Counted from the first letter of the stretch, positions 9,240 to 19,941 are shown. The stretch: DNA of 64,000 nt from Alphaproteobacteria bacterium (GCA_965220745.1 CBDCQT010000012.1:640001-704000); one strand, 5' to 3'. Translations and numbers: made by a program. Notes: generated from the letters alone by a model not told the origin.

Positions 9240-10581
9240 GAGCGGCACGCAGGCCGTGCTGGGGGAGGATCGTCCGGCGCCACGGCCACCCATAGACTGG
9301 GAGGCGCCCGAATTCCTGGACGCCGGCGCGCTCGACGGCGAGTTGCGCCGCGTCGCGAGCGTCTGTCACACCTGCCGCCGCTGCGAGGATCTCTGCGAGA
9401 GTTTTCCGCGACTCTTCGATCTGATCGACAGCGCGGGCAGCGTCGAGGCGGTCAAGAGCGCCGACTTCGAGAGCGTGGGCGCGGCCTGCACGCTCTGCGA
9501 CATGTGCTACCCGGTCTGCCCCTACACGCCGCCGCACGTGCACGCGGTCGATTTCCCCGCGCTGATGATCCGCCAGCGGGCGCATGCCAAGAGCAAGGTG
9601 GGCCTCTTCGAGCGCGCATTGGGTTCGACGGACCGCAATGGCCGGCTGTTCGGCGCCATTGCCCCGCTCGCCAACTGGGCGGCGCGCCGTGGCAACCGGC
9701 TGACCCGGTCGCTCATGGAAGCGTTTGCCGGCATTCACCGCGATGCGGTGCTGCCACGCTTCCATGCCCGGAGCTTCAGCCGGCAGGCCGCCACACGTCC
9801 CCCGGCCGTCGCCGCGAACGCGCCGGCCGCCGGGCGCAAGGCGGTGCTCTACGCCACCTGCTTCGTCGAGTACAACAATCCGGGCATAGGCCGAGCAGCC
9901 CAGGGCGTGCTCGCGAAGAACGGCGTCGAGACCAAGATTGTCTACGACACATGCTGCGGGATGCCGCAATTGGAGCGCGGCGATATCGCGGAGGTCTGCC
10001 GCCGCGCTCGGCGCGTCGCCACGGCGCTCATCCCTTGGATCGACCGAGGCTGGGATGTAATCGCGCCGGTTCCCTCCTGCGCGCTGATGATGAAGACGAC
10101 GTGGCCCCAGTGCCTGCCAGACGATCCGGCGGTGGCGCGCCTCGCAGAGCACACGAGCGATATCTCCGAGTACGTCGTGGGCATCGCTCGCGAGGAGGGT
10201 CTCGCCGAGGGGCTGGCGCCGCTCGACGGCGACGTCGCCCTCCACCAAGCCTGCCACGCCAGGGCCCAGAATATCGGCGCCAAGGCTGCCGTCATGCTGC
10301 GCATGATCCCGAAGAGCAACGTGCTGATGATGCAGCGTTGCGCCGGTCACGGCGGCACCTGGGGCGTGATGAAGCGGAACTTCGAGACCGGCATGAAGGT
10401 CGGCGAGCCGGTCATCCGGCAGGCGGCCGAAAGCGGCCGTGCTTACCTCGCCTCCGAGTGTCCGCTCGCCGGCGACCACATCGTGCAGGGGATGGAGCGC
10501 CTGGATGCGGGCCGCGCCCATGCGAAGCGCGCCCACCACCCGATCGAATTGCTGGCCAAGAGCTATGGCATCGACGCCTGA
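9232..10581 (+). CDS. GlpC-like Fe-S oxidoreductase with CCG domains (rubrerythrin-associated RFO-like)
   Basis: CHTCRRCEDLC and CTLCDMCYPVC ferredoxin motifs, CCGMP, HQACHARAQ, RCAGHGG, SECPLA; TTG start overlaps upstream stop. Confidence 0.85.
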   Translation: MAESGTQAVLGEDRPAPRPPIDWEAPEFLDAGALDGELRRVASVCHTCRRCEDLCESFPRLFDLIDSAGSVEAVKSADFESVGAACTLCDMCYPVCPYTPPHVHAVDFPALMIRQRAHAKSKVGLFERALGSTDRNGRLFGAIAPLANWAARRGNRLTRSLMEAFAGIHRDAVLPRFHARSFSRQAATRPPAVAANAPAAGRKAVLYATCFVEYNNPGIGRAAQGVLAKNGVETKIVYDTCCGMPQLERGDIAEVCRRARRVATALIPWIDRGWDVIAPVPSCALMMKTTWPQCLPDDPAVARLAEHTSDISEYVVGIAREEGLAEGLAPLDGDVALHQACHARAQNIGAKAAVMLRMIPKSNVLMMQRCAGHGGTWGVMKRNFETGMKVGEPVIRQAAESGRAYLASECPLAGDHIVQGMERLDAGRAHAKRAHHPIELLAKSYGIDA

Positions 10582-10996
10582 CCGCGCGCTCGACGCGCAC
10601 GCGACCGAGACGCTGACCGCGATGGCGCGCGTGCTCTATCCCCACGACTTCCTGGACGACTCACCCTATCGCCAGGTGGTCGACATCGTGGCCGGGGAGG
10701 CGGATGCCGCGCAGCACACGCTGCTGGCGGAGGGCGTCGCGGCGCTGGATGGGGCCTCGGACCGTCCGTTCCTCGCGCTCGCGGAGGGGGAGCGGCTCGC
10801 GGCGGTCCAGGCGATCGAGCGCACGCCCTTTTTCGAGACGATGCGCGCGGCCACGGCGCGCCACCTCTATTCCAATCCGGCAGTGTGGCCCCACTTCGGC
10901 TACGAGGGGCCGTCCCACCATCGCGGCGGTTACATCGATCGCGGCTTCGACGATATCGACTGGATTTCCGAAGAGGACGTGAGGGTGGACGAATGA
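10565..10996 (+). CDS. Gluconate 2-dehydrogenase subunit 3-like small subunit
   Basis: YPHD, F-x2-L-x4-R, LYSNPAVWPHFGYEG, GGYIDRGFDDIDW; coupled to downstream GMC gene (ATGA). Confidence 0.8.
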   Translation: MASTPDRALDAHATETLTAMARVLYPHDFLDDSPYRQVVDIVAGEADAAQHTLLAEGVAALDGASDRPFLALAEGERLAAVQAIERTPFFETMRAATARHLYSNPAVWPHFGYEGPSHHRGGYIDRGFDDIDWISEEDVRVDE

Positions 10997-12597
10997 TTGC
11001 ACCTCACCGCGACGACGACGATATCCCTGCCGTCACCTACGACCTGGACGACGACAGCGTTGTCGTGATCATCGGCTCCGGCGCTGGTGGCGGCACCATG
11101 GCCGACGAGCTGACCCGGCGGGGCATCGACGTGGTTCTGCTGGAGGCCGGCCCGCGCTTCAAGACGAGCGACTTCGTCAACGACGAGTGGGCGATGAACG
11201 ACCTTCTCACCTGGAAGGACAAGCGCGACTGCACCGGCGGCGCGCCCGTCGCCCGCGACTACCCCACTGCGCCCACCTGGACCTGCAAGGCCTTGGGCGG
11301 CACCACTCTCCACTGGACTTCCATGTGTCCGCGTCCCGAGGACTACGAGTTCAAGGTGCGCACGACTTACAGCGACATGGACGGTGCCGCCCTGGAGGAC
11401 TGGCCGCTCGATAATGAAGAGATGGAGCCCTTCTACCGCGAGGCCGAGATCAAGATGGGCGTCACCGGGCGGAACGGGATCCCGTTTCACCGATCCTCCA
11501 ACGCAGTCCGGGTCATGTCCCTCGGCGCGAAGCGCATGGGCTACCGAGACTTCGGCCCCAACAACCTGGCGGTCAACCCGCTGCCCCGCGACGGCCGCAA
11601 CGCTTGCGACCAGATCGGCTTCTGCATTCAGGGCTGCCGCTCCGGCGGCAAGTGGTCCACCTTCGTCTCCGAGCTGCCGCGCGCCGAAGCCACGGGGCGC
11701 TGCGAGATTCGCACCCGCTGCATGGTGCTCCGCATCGAGCATGACGCGAGCGGCCGCATCAGTGGAGTCCTCTATGCCGACGCGTTCGGAGACCACCATT
11801 TTCAGAAGGCGCGGCTGGTCTGCGTCGCTGCAAATTCGATCGAGACCACGCGGCTGCTGCTCAACTCCGAGTCAAGCGCGTGGCCTGATGGGCTCGCCAA
11901 CGGCTCGGGCATGCTCGGCAAGCACTACATGCGCCACGTGACCGCCTACATGTACGGGGAATTTCCGAGACCCGTGCGCATGTACCGCGGCCTGGTCGCC
12001 GCGGGCGTCATTCGCGACGAAGCCCGGCTCGATACCACCCGCGGCTTTGCCGGCGGCTACTACTATGGCTCCATCGGCCTTGGCTTGCCTTTCTACGCGG
12101 CGTTCCTGAGTCCGGGGCGCTGGGGCGCCGACTACACGAGCTGGATCGAGGCCTATGAGCGCGTCGCGGGCCTGTTCGTGAACGGCGAGGACATGCCCAT
12201 CGCCACCAACCGGGTGACGCTCCATCCCACCGAGAGGGACCAGCACGGGCTGCCGATCCCCCGTCTCAACCTCGACGATCATCCCAACGATCTGGCGATG
12301 AAGCGCCATGCCTACCGCAACGGGATCGCCATGTTGGAGGCGGCCGGCGCGCTCCGCGTCTTCTGCTCGCCGCCGCTGCCGGTCTCCCACAATCTCGGCA
12401 CTTGCCGCATGAGTGAGGATCCCGACGCCGGCGTGGTCGATCGCTGGGGCCGGAGCCACGAGATCCCCAACCTCTTCATCTCCGACGGCAGCCAGTTCAC
12501 GTCGTCGCTGGCGGGCAACCCGACGCTGACCATCGTCACCCTCGCCATCCGCCAGGCGGGCTACATCGCCCGACAGATGAGCCGCGGCGAGCTCTAG
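10993..12597 (+). CDS. GMC family FAD oxidoreductase
   Basis: IIGSGAGGG, LGGTTLHW, CDQIGFCIQGC Cys cluster, HNLGTCRM, GNPTLTI. Confidence 0.93.
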   Translation: MIAPHRDDDDIPAVTYDLDDDSVVVIIGSGAGGGTMADELTRRGIDVVLLEAGPRFKTSDFVNDEWAMNDLLTWKDKRDCTGGAPVARDYPTAPTWTCKALGGTTLHWTSMCPRPEDYEFKVRTTYSDMDGAALEDWPLDNEEMEPFYREAEIKMGVTGRNGIPFHRSSNAVRVMSLGAKRMGYRDFGPNNLAVNPLPRDGRNACDQIGFCIQGCRSGGKWSTFVSELPRAEATGRCEIRTRCMVLRIEHDASGRISGVLYADAFGDHHFQKARLVCVAANSIETTRLLLNSESSAWPDGLANGSGMLGKHYMRHVTAYMYGEFPRPVRMYRGLVAAGVIRDEARLDTTRGFAGGYYYGSIGLGLPFYAAFLSPGRWGADYTSWIEAYERVAGLFVNGEDMPIATNRVTLHPTERDQHGLPIPRLNLDDHPNDLAMKRHAYRNGIAMLEAAGALRVFCSPPLPVSHNLGTCRMSEDPDAGVVDRWGRSHEIPNLFISDGSQFTSSLAGNPTLTIVTLAIRQAGYIARQMSRGEL

Positions 12598-12602
12598 CCT
12601 GC

Positions 12603-12634
12603 CGCAACCGGTTAACGCCCCCGGTCCGGTTGCG
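12603..12634 (+). terminator. Stem-loop after GMC gene (possible terminator or mRNA-stabilising hairpin)
   Basis: CGCAACCGG ... CCGGTTGCG inverted repeat; no U-tract. Confidence 0.35.
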
Positions 12635-12684
12635 CCTATCGAGCGAACCCGGCAACCGATCCACACGAATCACGGGAGGAAGAC

Positions 12685-13083
12685 ATGGCAACTCTGCCGA
12701 TGGTGGAGTACGACGACGCCCCGCCGGAGGTCCGCGCGGTCTACGACGACATCATGGAGACCCGTAAGACCGACTGGATCAACAACTTCTGGAAGGTGCT
12801 AGCCAACGATCCGCCGACCCTCGCGCGCGCTTGGAACAGCATCAAGGAGGTGATGGCGCCCGGTGCCCTCGACCCGCTCACCAAGGAGCTGATCTACGTC
12901 GCGGTGAGCGCCACCAACGGCTGCGAGTACTGCATCCGCTCCCACACCGCAGGCGCGCGTCGGCAGGGGATGACCGACGCCATGCTGGCCGAATTGATGG
13001 CGGTGGTGGGTATGGCGAACGAGACCAACGCGCTCGCCAGCGGCTACGCCGTCGACGTCGACGCGGCGTTTCTGAAGAAATAG
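12685..13083 (+). CDS. Carboxymuconolactone decarboxylase/AhpD family protein
   Basis: ALDPLTKELIYVAVSATNGCEYCIRSH (CxxC-x3-H); RBS GGAGG. Confidence 0.9.
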   Translation: MATLPMVEYDDAPPEVRAVYDDIMETRKTDWINNFWKVLANDPPTLARAWNSIKEVMAPGALDPLTKELIYVAVSATNGCEYCIRSHTAGARRQGMTDAMLAELMAVVGMANETNALASGYAVDVDAAFLKK

Positions 13084-13103
13084 GGGGCGGCGCCCGCACG
13101 TCC

Positions 13104-13300
13104 TATCTGCGCAAGATCGCCGACGGTCTCACGGCCCGGCGCCTGATCCGCGATTGGATTGCCTTTTACAATGCCGAGAGGCCGCACGCGGCGCAGCAGC
13201 TACAGGAAGATCGATTGAAGAGGATTCTGGCGGCCTGAACATCAACCCGAATACACCATAGCCGAGCCGTCAGGCTGTCCGAAAAGGCGAGGCCACCTCA
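13104..13300 (+). mobile_element. IS3-family remnant (C-terminal end of OrfB plus right end)
   Basis: YLRKIADGLTARRLIRDWIAFYNAERPH resembles the IS3 integrase-core C-terminus (W-x2-FYN-x2-RPH); followed by CTGTCC...GGCCACCTCA ending in CA like an IS3 right end. Confidence 0.7.
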
Positions 13301-13614
13301 CTCTTTCTCAGGCTGCCATCCCCGAGTGGTGCGCCCGACGCGGTTAGCGCCGGGTTCATTCCTGGTTGTTGATATATTGGAAACGACGGTGAACAATTGC
13401 TCGATTGTTGAATAATTCGGAATTGAACTTCTCATAAAATCGCTTGTCCTGTTGCCATCCGATCGTGCACCAATTGTCCGCTGCACGTATGCAATCCGAC
13501 GCCTCCATGTTCGAGCGGCTTAGGCACCCCACGGAGCTTGAATCAATTCCATTGCCGGCGACTGCACGGATTCTTCTGGGTGGCGTGATTTCGGCTGGGG
13601 CCGGCGCAGGGTAG

Positions 13615-15308
13615 ATGCCGATGCCAGCCAGGCCCCGCAACATCGCCTTCGGTCCCGTCGGCGCCCTGGTGGGTCGAGCCGTGGGCCGTTTCTTCGTCGG
13701 CACCCGCGCGGGAGCCACGTCCATCGTTACGGCAGCGGTCGCGGTGATGTCGGTCGCAGGCTTTGCGTTTGTCACCGACCACATCTGGCTGATCGATCAG
13801 CGCGACGTGCTCAAGAACGCCGCCGATGCAGCTGCGATCGCTGCCACGAAGGAGATGAATCGCCAGCTCATCCCCAGTCCGGACATGACCCAGGCCGATC
13901 TGACCACTGCGCTTACCCCTGTCGCGAGAAACTACCTTGAACTGAACCTCGCCTATCTGCCGACGGACCGTCTCACTCGTGCCAAGGAGACGCTCCAGGT
14001 GACCGTCACACCCAACAAGGACCAGGGCACGGTGAACGTGGCGACGACGGCGGACCTCGGCGGCACGCTGTTCTCCCGGCATCTGCCGATGCTCAGCAAC
14101 TACAAGGGACCCGCGACGGTCGGCACCCGTGCCGGCGTCGAGACCAGGGTGACACCTATCGAGGCCGTGCTCGCCATCGACGTAAGCACGTCCATGCAGG
14201 GCAAACTGGAGGGGGGATGGCCGGACAAGGCCGGGGGTGAGAAGAGCCGCATGGACATCGTCAAGGACGCGGCCAAGGCGCTCGTCAACATCCTCCGGCC
14301 CAACGAGCACAACCGCGTCGCGATCGGCGTGGTGCCCTGGCACTTCAATGTGCGCCTTGCGGACGCGACGGCCTCGGATTGGAGCACCAATCGCTGGGCG
14401 CGCTACCCGACGGAGCGAACTTACGGCGTGCCGTACGGCTGCGCCGACCTAATTAGCGAGTGGGACGTCTGCCAGCCTGCTGCCACCGACGACGAGCTCC
14501 CGCAGACCGCGCCAGAAGATTGGAAGGGATGCCTCGACAGCCACCGCATGGTGGGAAGCGGAACCCATGCCGCGAACGCTTCGACGAGCGACTTTTTCTC
14601 CCTGCCGTCGATCAGTCCTTTCGCCCAAGCATACTTTCCCGCCCTGTACGGGCCAAGTATGAGTGTTTTACCCTCGAGACGTTCCCTTCGGATGTTTGGT
14701 GGTACCGCTGTTACGATCTCTACGATCCTGACAATCCCAACCACTGGAGTTCGTACTATGAACCACAATACGGTTGTAGCGCCTCGGGACCGACCATGCT
14801 CTCCTTGAGCACCGACCGCGCGGCCATCATCGGCGCCGTAGACAACCTCTCGCCTGTTGGCAGTTCGACCCATTCGGGGCTCGGCGTCCTGTGGGGTCAA
14901 CGCATGCTTCTGTCGTCATGGCGGAGCGTGTGGGGTGGGACCGTCCATCCCGTGGACCCCACCTCCACCGACGGGAAGGGCGTCCGCAAGGTCATCGTTC
15001 TCCTCACGGACGGCGAAGACACCTTCTGCGGCCACAAGAACGTGACCTGCGCAGACAGCCGCGTAGGCATCTCGCGCACCGAGGCATGCGCCGAGGTGAA
15101 GAAGGCAGGGACCGAGATCTTTGTCGTTGCGGCCATGCACCCGGATCAGGTTTCGGCCGATCTCGGGACATCGCTGACCGAGTGCTCCAGCGAATCTGAC
15201 GACTCGGACGAAACTTACGCGTTTCTCAACAACGCGACCCCGGAGAGCCTTCAGACAGCGTTCGAGAGCATTGCGAACCAGTTGCGGGTCGTGCGGCGAA
15301 CTCACTGA
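13615..15308 (+). pseudogene. TadG-like pilus protein (N-terminal pseudopilin/Tad + VWA domain), split by a one-base frameshift near 14650
   Basis: TadG-type N-terminus GATSIVTAAV...LKNAADAAAIA; MIDAS AIDVSTSM in ORF 13615-14808; VWA C-half (GSSTHSGLGVLWG, KVIVLLTDGED, FESIANQL) in ORF 14460-15308. Confidence 0.8.
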
Positions 15309-15589
15309 CGTGCTCCGAAATCCCGCTTTCCTGGAATGCCTATGACCGGCCTCTTTGGGGCATCGCGCAGCGCGTTCGGGCGCCCGGACCAATCAGCCAT
15401 TGCTGTTGCTGGGCGCGCAATCTAGACCCAGCAGTAGCAAGAAGGTTCAAGAATTTGTCTTGCCGACAGGCGCACAACAACCGGGCTGAACATCAGGCGG
15501 AAAATGGGCCGTACCGGCATCAGCCTTTCATAGTCACCAGCGCAACCGCTCTCAGGTAAGGCAAGAGCGTTCCGTCTCGGGAGTATTCA

Positions 15590-15790
15590 ATGGAAAACGA
15601 TAACCTGATTCTTTTTCTGCTGCAGCGCTTCCCCGGATTGGACGATGAGGAACTTTCCAGACTGTCCGGGTTGATGCCGACCCGGCGCGTCAAGCGAGTC
15701 TGCCGCGATCTGGAAAACCGCCAGCTTCTGGAGCGCAGAGCCGGACATGAAGGCAAGATCGGAAACTATGTGCTCGGTTCCGAGTCGTAG
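15590..15790 (+). CDS. Small winged-helix DNA-binding protein
   Basis: 66 aa, RBS GGGAG; pattern IL-x2-L-x3-PGLDDEELSRLSG...V-x2-VCRDLE-x3-LLER...GKIGNY is wHTH-like. Confidence 0.55.
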   Translation: MENDNLILFLLQRFPGLDDEELSRLSGLMPTRRVKRVCRDLENRQLLERRAGHEGKIGNYVLGSES

Positions 15791-16064
15791 TTCGTTTCGG
15801 TCAGGTTGAGCGCGGTGACCGGCGCGCGGGAAGCTATACGCTGCGTCACCGGTGTTCCGAGACAAAGTTCCCTTGGATGGCTGGCTCTATGAGCCATTCC
15901 ACGAGGTCGTGCGCCAGCGACATTGAGTACTCCCGACGGAGATTTTGCCACACGCGACCACGGCGGCTGGCGCTTCTTGGATTTCGCGCGCCTGCGCGGG
16001 CGCGCCGCTGAAGCGGCGGGCCACGGTCGCGGCTTGTCACGCATCCGTCAAAGACGGACGCGCT

Positions 16065-16943
16065 CTATCTAGAGGGACCGTCTGCCGGTGCGAGTGCGAC
16101 CCCGAGCCGCCCGGCGAGGTCCTGCACGAACTGCCAGGCCACACGGCCCGAGCGGGCGCCGCGGGTCATGCTCCACTCGATGGCTTCCGCGTGCAGGGTC
16201 TCGCGATCGACGGCGAGGCCGAAATGGTCGGCATAGCCCTCGACCATGGCGAAGAAGGTCGCCTGGTCGCAGGGGTGGAAGCCGAGCCAGAGCCCGAAGC
16301 GGTCCGAGAGCGAGACCGATTCCTCCACTGCTTCGCCGGGGTGGATCGCGGTCGAGCGCTCGTTGTCGATCATGTCGCGCGGCATCAGGTGGCGGCGGTT
16401 CGAAGTGGCGTAGAAGAGCACGTTGTCGGGCCGGCCGCTGATGCCGCCCTCCAGCGCTGCCTTGAGCGACTTGTAGGTGGTGTCCTCGGATTCGAAGGAG
16501 AGGTCGTCGCAGAAGAGCAGGCACTGGTGCGCGCAGCCGCGCAGGCGCCCGAGGAGGACCGGCAGAGAGGAAATCTCTTCCCGGTGAATCTCGATCAGCT
16601 TGAGGCCGCTTGCGGCGTCCGCCGCCACCACGCCGTGCACCGCCTTGATGAGCGAGCTCTTGCCCATGCCTCGTGCGCCCCAGAGCAGGGCGTTGTTGGC
16701 CGGCAGGCCGCGGGCGAAGCGTTGGGTGTTGTCGAGCAGGATGTCGCGCACCCGGTCGATGCCCTTGAGCAGCGAGAGCTCCAGACGGTTGATCCGGGGC
16801 ACGGCCTCGAGGCGGGCGCCGTCTGCGTGCCAGACGAAGCCGTCTGCCGCGTCCAGGCCCGCGTCCTCCACCCCGGCCGGTGAGAGACGCTCCAGCGCTT
16901 CCGCGACCCGCTTGAGCAGGGGCGCCAACTCCGTGTCCGACAT
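16065..16943 (-). CDS. DUF815 AAA+ ATP-binding protein
   Basis: NNALLWGARGMGKSS, FCDDLSF, YATSNRRHL, SLSDRFGLWLGF, RSGRVAWQF. Confidence 0.93.
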   Translation of the reverse strand: MSDTELAPLLKRVAEALERLSPAGVEDAGLDAADGFVWHADGARLEAVPRINRLELSLLKGIDRVRDILLDNTQRFARGLPANNALLWGARGMGKSSLIKAVHGVVAADAASGLKLIEIHREEISSLPVLLGRLRGCAHQCLLFCDDLSFESEDTTYKSLKAALEGGISGRPDNVLFYATSNRRHLMPRDMIDNERSTAIHPGEAVEESVSLSDRFGLWLGFHPCDQATFFAMVEGYADHFGLAVDRETLHAEAIEWSMTRGARSGRVAWQFVQDLAGRLGVALAPADGPSR

Positions 16944-17020
16944 GGGTGCACCGGCTGGTTGAAAGGCGCGCGGACCCTAGCCCGCATGTCTCCCCAATGT
17001 CACGGCCTGCGTCGCGGCGC

Positions 17021-19870
17021 CTATCCCTCGGGCCCGACGAAGGCGCGGGTGATCTCGACGGCCTCGGCGAGGCCGACGCGCTCCACCGCGACGCCGGGGG
17101 GGAAGGCGCCCTTGAGCCGGCTCGGCAGCGCGGGGTCGAGCAGGACGAAGACACCGCGATCGTCCGCCCGCCGCACCAGCCGGCCGTAGGCCTGCCGGAG
17201 CCGCCCGCGCGTGAGCCGGTCGTCGTAGCGGCCGCCGCCGAAGACCCGCCGGCGCGCCTTGTGCAGGATGTCGGGGCGGGGCCACGGCACCCGGTCGAAG
17301 ACGATGAGGCGCAAGCTCCGCCCCGGCACGTCGATGCCGTCCCGCATCGCGTCGGTGCCGAGCAGGCAGGCGTCGGTCTCGCTGCGGAAGATGTCGACCA
17401 GCGTGGTCGGGTCGAGCGGGTCCACGTGCTGCGCCCATAGCTGCAAGCCCGCTTCGTCCAGCGCGCCCGCGATGCGCTCGTGTACCCCGCGCAGCCGCGC
17501 GATCGCGGTGAAGAGGCCGAGCGCGCCGCCGCCGGCAGCCGTGAAGAGCGCGCGGTAGGCCGCCGCGACCCGGTCGGGCGCGCCGCGGCACACGTCGGTC
17601 ACCACGAGCACGCGGGTCTGCGCGCCGTAGTCGAAGGGGGAGGGGAGGGCGGCACGGATCGCCGGGGCCTTCAGGTGACGCCCGCCCGTGGTCGCCTCGG
17701 CCGCGGCCCAGTCGTGCTCCGGATCGCCGCTGCCGTCCCGCAGCGTCGCCGAGGTAATGAGCGCGCCGTGGGAGCGGCCCGTGACGAAGGCGGCGAAGGG
17801 GATCGTCGGGTCCACGTGGTGGCGGTGCATGCCGACATCGACATCGCGCCCGTCGATGCGGGAGATCGCGAACCAGTCGACGAAGCCCGTGGCGGCAGTG
17901 TCCTCGTCGTCCTGCGACCGCTCCTCGTCGGCGACCGGGGCGGCCGTTATGTCCCCGAGCATGGCGCGCCAGGAATCGAGCTGCTCGCCCACCCGGCGCT
18001 CGATGCCGCGCACCACGGCCTCGATGCGCTGGCGCTCGGCGGTTTCCAGACTCTCGGCCTCGGCATCGAGATGCGCTGCGAGTGCCACCGCGAGCCGCCC
18101 GAGGGGCCGGGCGATTCCCTCGAGCGCCGTCTCCAGCGCCGCCGCGGCGTCGGCGATGCCGGGAATGAGCGGCTGCACCGGCGCCTCGATGCTGTAGCCG
18201 CTCCGGGGCTCCGGCGCGCGCGCCATGACCTGCTCCCGCACCAGCGCGAGGAAGCGCTCGCACGGCCCCTGCGCCGAGCCCGAAGCGAGCCGCTGGTGCC
18301 ACTCGTTGCCGGGCAGCGCGTGCGCGGCTTTCAAGGCATCATCGAGGGTCTCGCGCGCCGCCTCGCGGTCCGCGATCAGGTCCTCGATCCGGCTGCGCAA
18401 GCCCCGCGCGCGACCTCCGTCGCCGCGGCCTCGCGATTCCGGCCCGAGCAACCAGCGCCTCAGCTCCAGCGCCTCTTTGCCGGAGAGGTGGGCGGAGAAG
18501 GCGCTGTCCGCCGCGTCGAAGAGGTGGTGCCCCTCGTCGAGCACGTAGCGAGTGGGCACGCTCCGCTCGTCGCCGGTGCCGAAGACCGCGCGTGCCGCCT
18601 GCACCATGAGCAGCGCGTGATTGGCGATCACCATGTCCGCCCGCCGCGCCTTGCGCTGGCTCTTCTCGATGAAGCAGCGGCGGTAATGGGTGCAGGCGCT
18701 GTGGATGCACTCGCCGCGCCGGTCCGCGAGGCCCAGGGTGCGGCCGTAGCCGAGCAGGTCCGCGAGCCAGGCCGGCAGGTCGCCGCCGGTGATGTCGCCG
18801 TCCCGCGTCGCCGCTGCCCAGCGCGCCATGAGACCGAGCGCGATGCGGTCCCCCGTCATCAGCGCGCTGCGGCCGAGCGCTTCCTCCATGTTGAGCAGGC
18901 AGAGGTAGTTCTCGCGGCCTTTGCGCAGCACCACCTTCTCCGCCTTGACCTTGGGCTCCGGGTAAAGCCGGTCGAGCTCCTGGTCGATCTGGCGCTGGAG
19001 GTTGCGGGTGAAGGTGGAGAGCCAGACTGTGCCCTCGTTGCGCTCGGCCCAGAGGCTCGCCGGCGCGATGTAGCCGAGGGTCTTGCCGACTCCGGTGCCG
19101 GCCTCCGCCAGCACCACGTGGGGCTCCTCCTCCGCCTTGATGGGATCGAAGGCGGCGCAGGCGGCGGAGGCGTAGTCCGCCTGCTCGGGCCGGGGCTCCG
19201 CGCCCTCGCCCAGCAGGTGCGCGAGGCGCTGCCGCGCGGCTGCGGTGGGCACCGGGTCGTGGCCGGGCGCCGGTGGCGGTGCGCTCTCCTGCCATTCCTT
19301 GAGCCGGGTCCAGACCGCGAGCGCGCCACCATCGCCGGTGCGGCCCGCGGCCGGCGCCGAGCGGCCGCCTGCCGCCAGCGCCGCCACCACCGCATCGCCC
19401 CAGAGCCAGCCGGCGCGGGCCATGACGCGCGCGATGGCGGGCGCGTCTTTCTCGCCCGTGAGGCCCGGTGCTGCGAGGGTAGCGAGGAGGGTCTCGGCGG
19501 CCTTGAGCAGCGTCGATGCCTCGTCCTCGATGCTCGCGGGCAGCGCAAGCCCGAGCGCGCGCGCGAGCCCCCGCACCGTCGGCACCGCCTGCCGCGCCGG
19601 ATACACGAAGGCGAAGAGCTCCAGAACGTCGAGCGCCGCGAGCGTGTGCAGGCCGAGCCGGCGCGCGGTCGCCTTGGCGTGGCAGACGTAGGGCGGGCGG
19701 CCGTCGGCGGCCAGCCGTTCCGCGGCCTCGCCGTGGGAGAGCCGTGCGAGCGCGCCGTGCTCGTCCAGCCACGCCGCGTGGCGCGGCGCCACCGCGAGCA
19801 CCGGCGCGCGCGGCAGCAGCGGTGCAGACGGCGGTGTAGAAGGCTCGCGTGACTCGAGGGGCGCTGGCAT
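17021..19870 (-). CDS. dinG: ATP-dependent DNA helicase, DinG family
   Basis: [42 protein letters not shown]; start chosen at ATG 19870. Confidence 0.9.
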   Translation of the reverse strand: MPAPLESREPSTPPSAPLLPRAPVLAVAPRHAAWLDEHGALARLSHGEAAERLAADGRPPYVCHAKATARRLGLHTLAALDVLELFAFVYPARQAVPTVRGLARALGLALPASIEDEASTLLKAAETLLATLAAPGLTGEKDAPAIARVMARAGWLWGDAVVAALAAGGRSAPAAGRTGDGGALAVWTRLKEWQESAPPPAPGHDPVPTAAARQRLAHLLGEGAEPRPEQADYASAACAAFDPIKAEEEPHVVLAEAGTGVGKTLGYIAPASLWAERNEGTVWLSTFTRNLQRQIDQELDRLYPEPKVKAEKVVLRKGRENYLCLLNMEEALGRSALMTGDRIALGLMARWAAATRDGDITGGDLPAWLADLLGYGRTLGLADRRGECIHSACTHYRRCFIEKSQRKARRADMVIANHALLMVQAARAVFGTGDERSVPTRYVLDEGHHLFDAADSAFSAHLSGKEALELRRWLLGPESRGRGDGGRARGLRSRIEDLIADREAARETLDDALKAAHALPGNEWHQRLASGSAQGPCERFLALVREQVMARAPEPRSGYSIEAPVQPLIPGIADAAAALETALEGIARPLGRLAVALAAHLDAEAESLETAERQRIEAVVRGIERRVGEQLDSWRAMLGDITAAPVADEERSQDDEDTAATGFVDWFAISRIDGRDVDVGMHRHHVDPTIPFAAFVTGRSHGALITSATLRDGSGDPEHDWAAAEATTGGRHLKAPAIRAALPSPFDYGAQTRVLVVTDVCRGAPDRVAAAYRALFTAAGGGALGLFTAIARLRGVHERIAGALDEAGLQLWAQHVDPLDPTTLVDIFRSETDACLLGTDAMRDGIDVPGRSLRLIVFDRVPWPRPDILHKARRRVFGGGRYDDRLTRGRLRQAYGRLVRRADDRGVFVLLDPALPSRLKGAFPPGVAVERVGLAEAVEITRAFVGPEG

Positions 19871-19941
19871 CGGACGGGAGTATAGCGGTTGACGCGCGGC
19901 GGCGGCCCGGCGCATGTTCCGCCGGCTTTCGGACCCGGACG

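Noticed and set aside
14655-14790. Diversity-generating retroelement variable region in the TadG gene
   Set aside because: No template repeat or reverse transcriptase was seen in the window.
15535-15575. Glycine riboswitch-like CTCTCAGGT string
   Set aside because: The GGAGA and CCGAAG core elements are missing and the downstream gene is unrelated to glycine.
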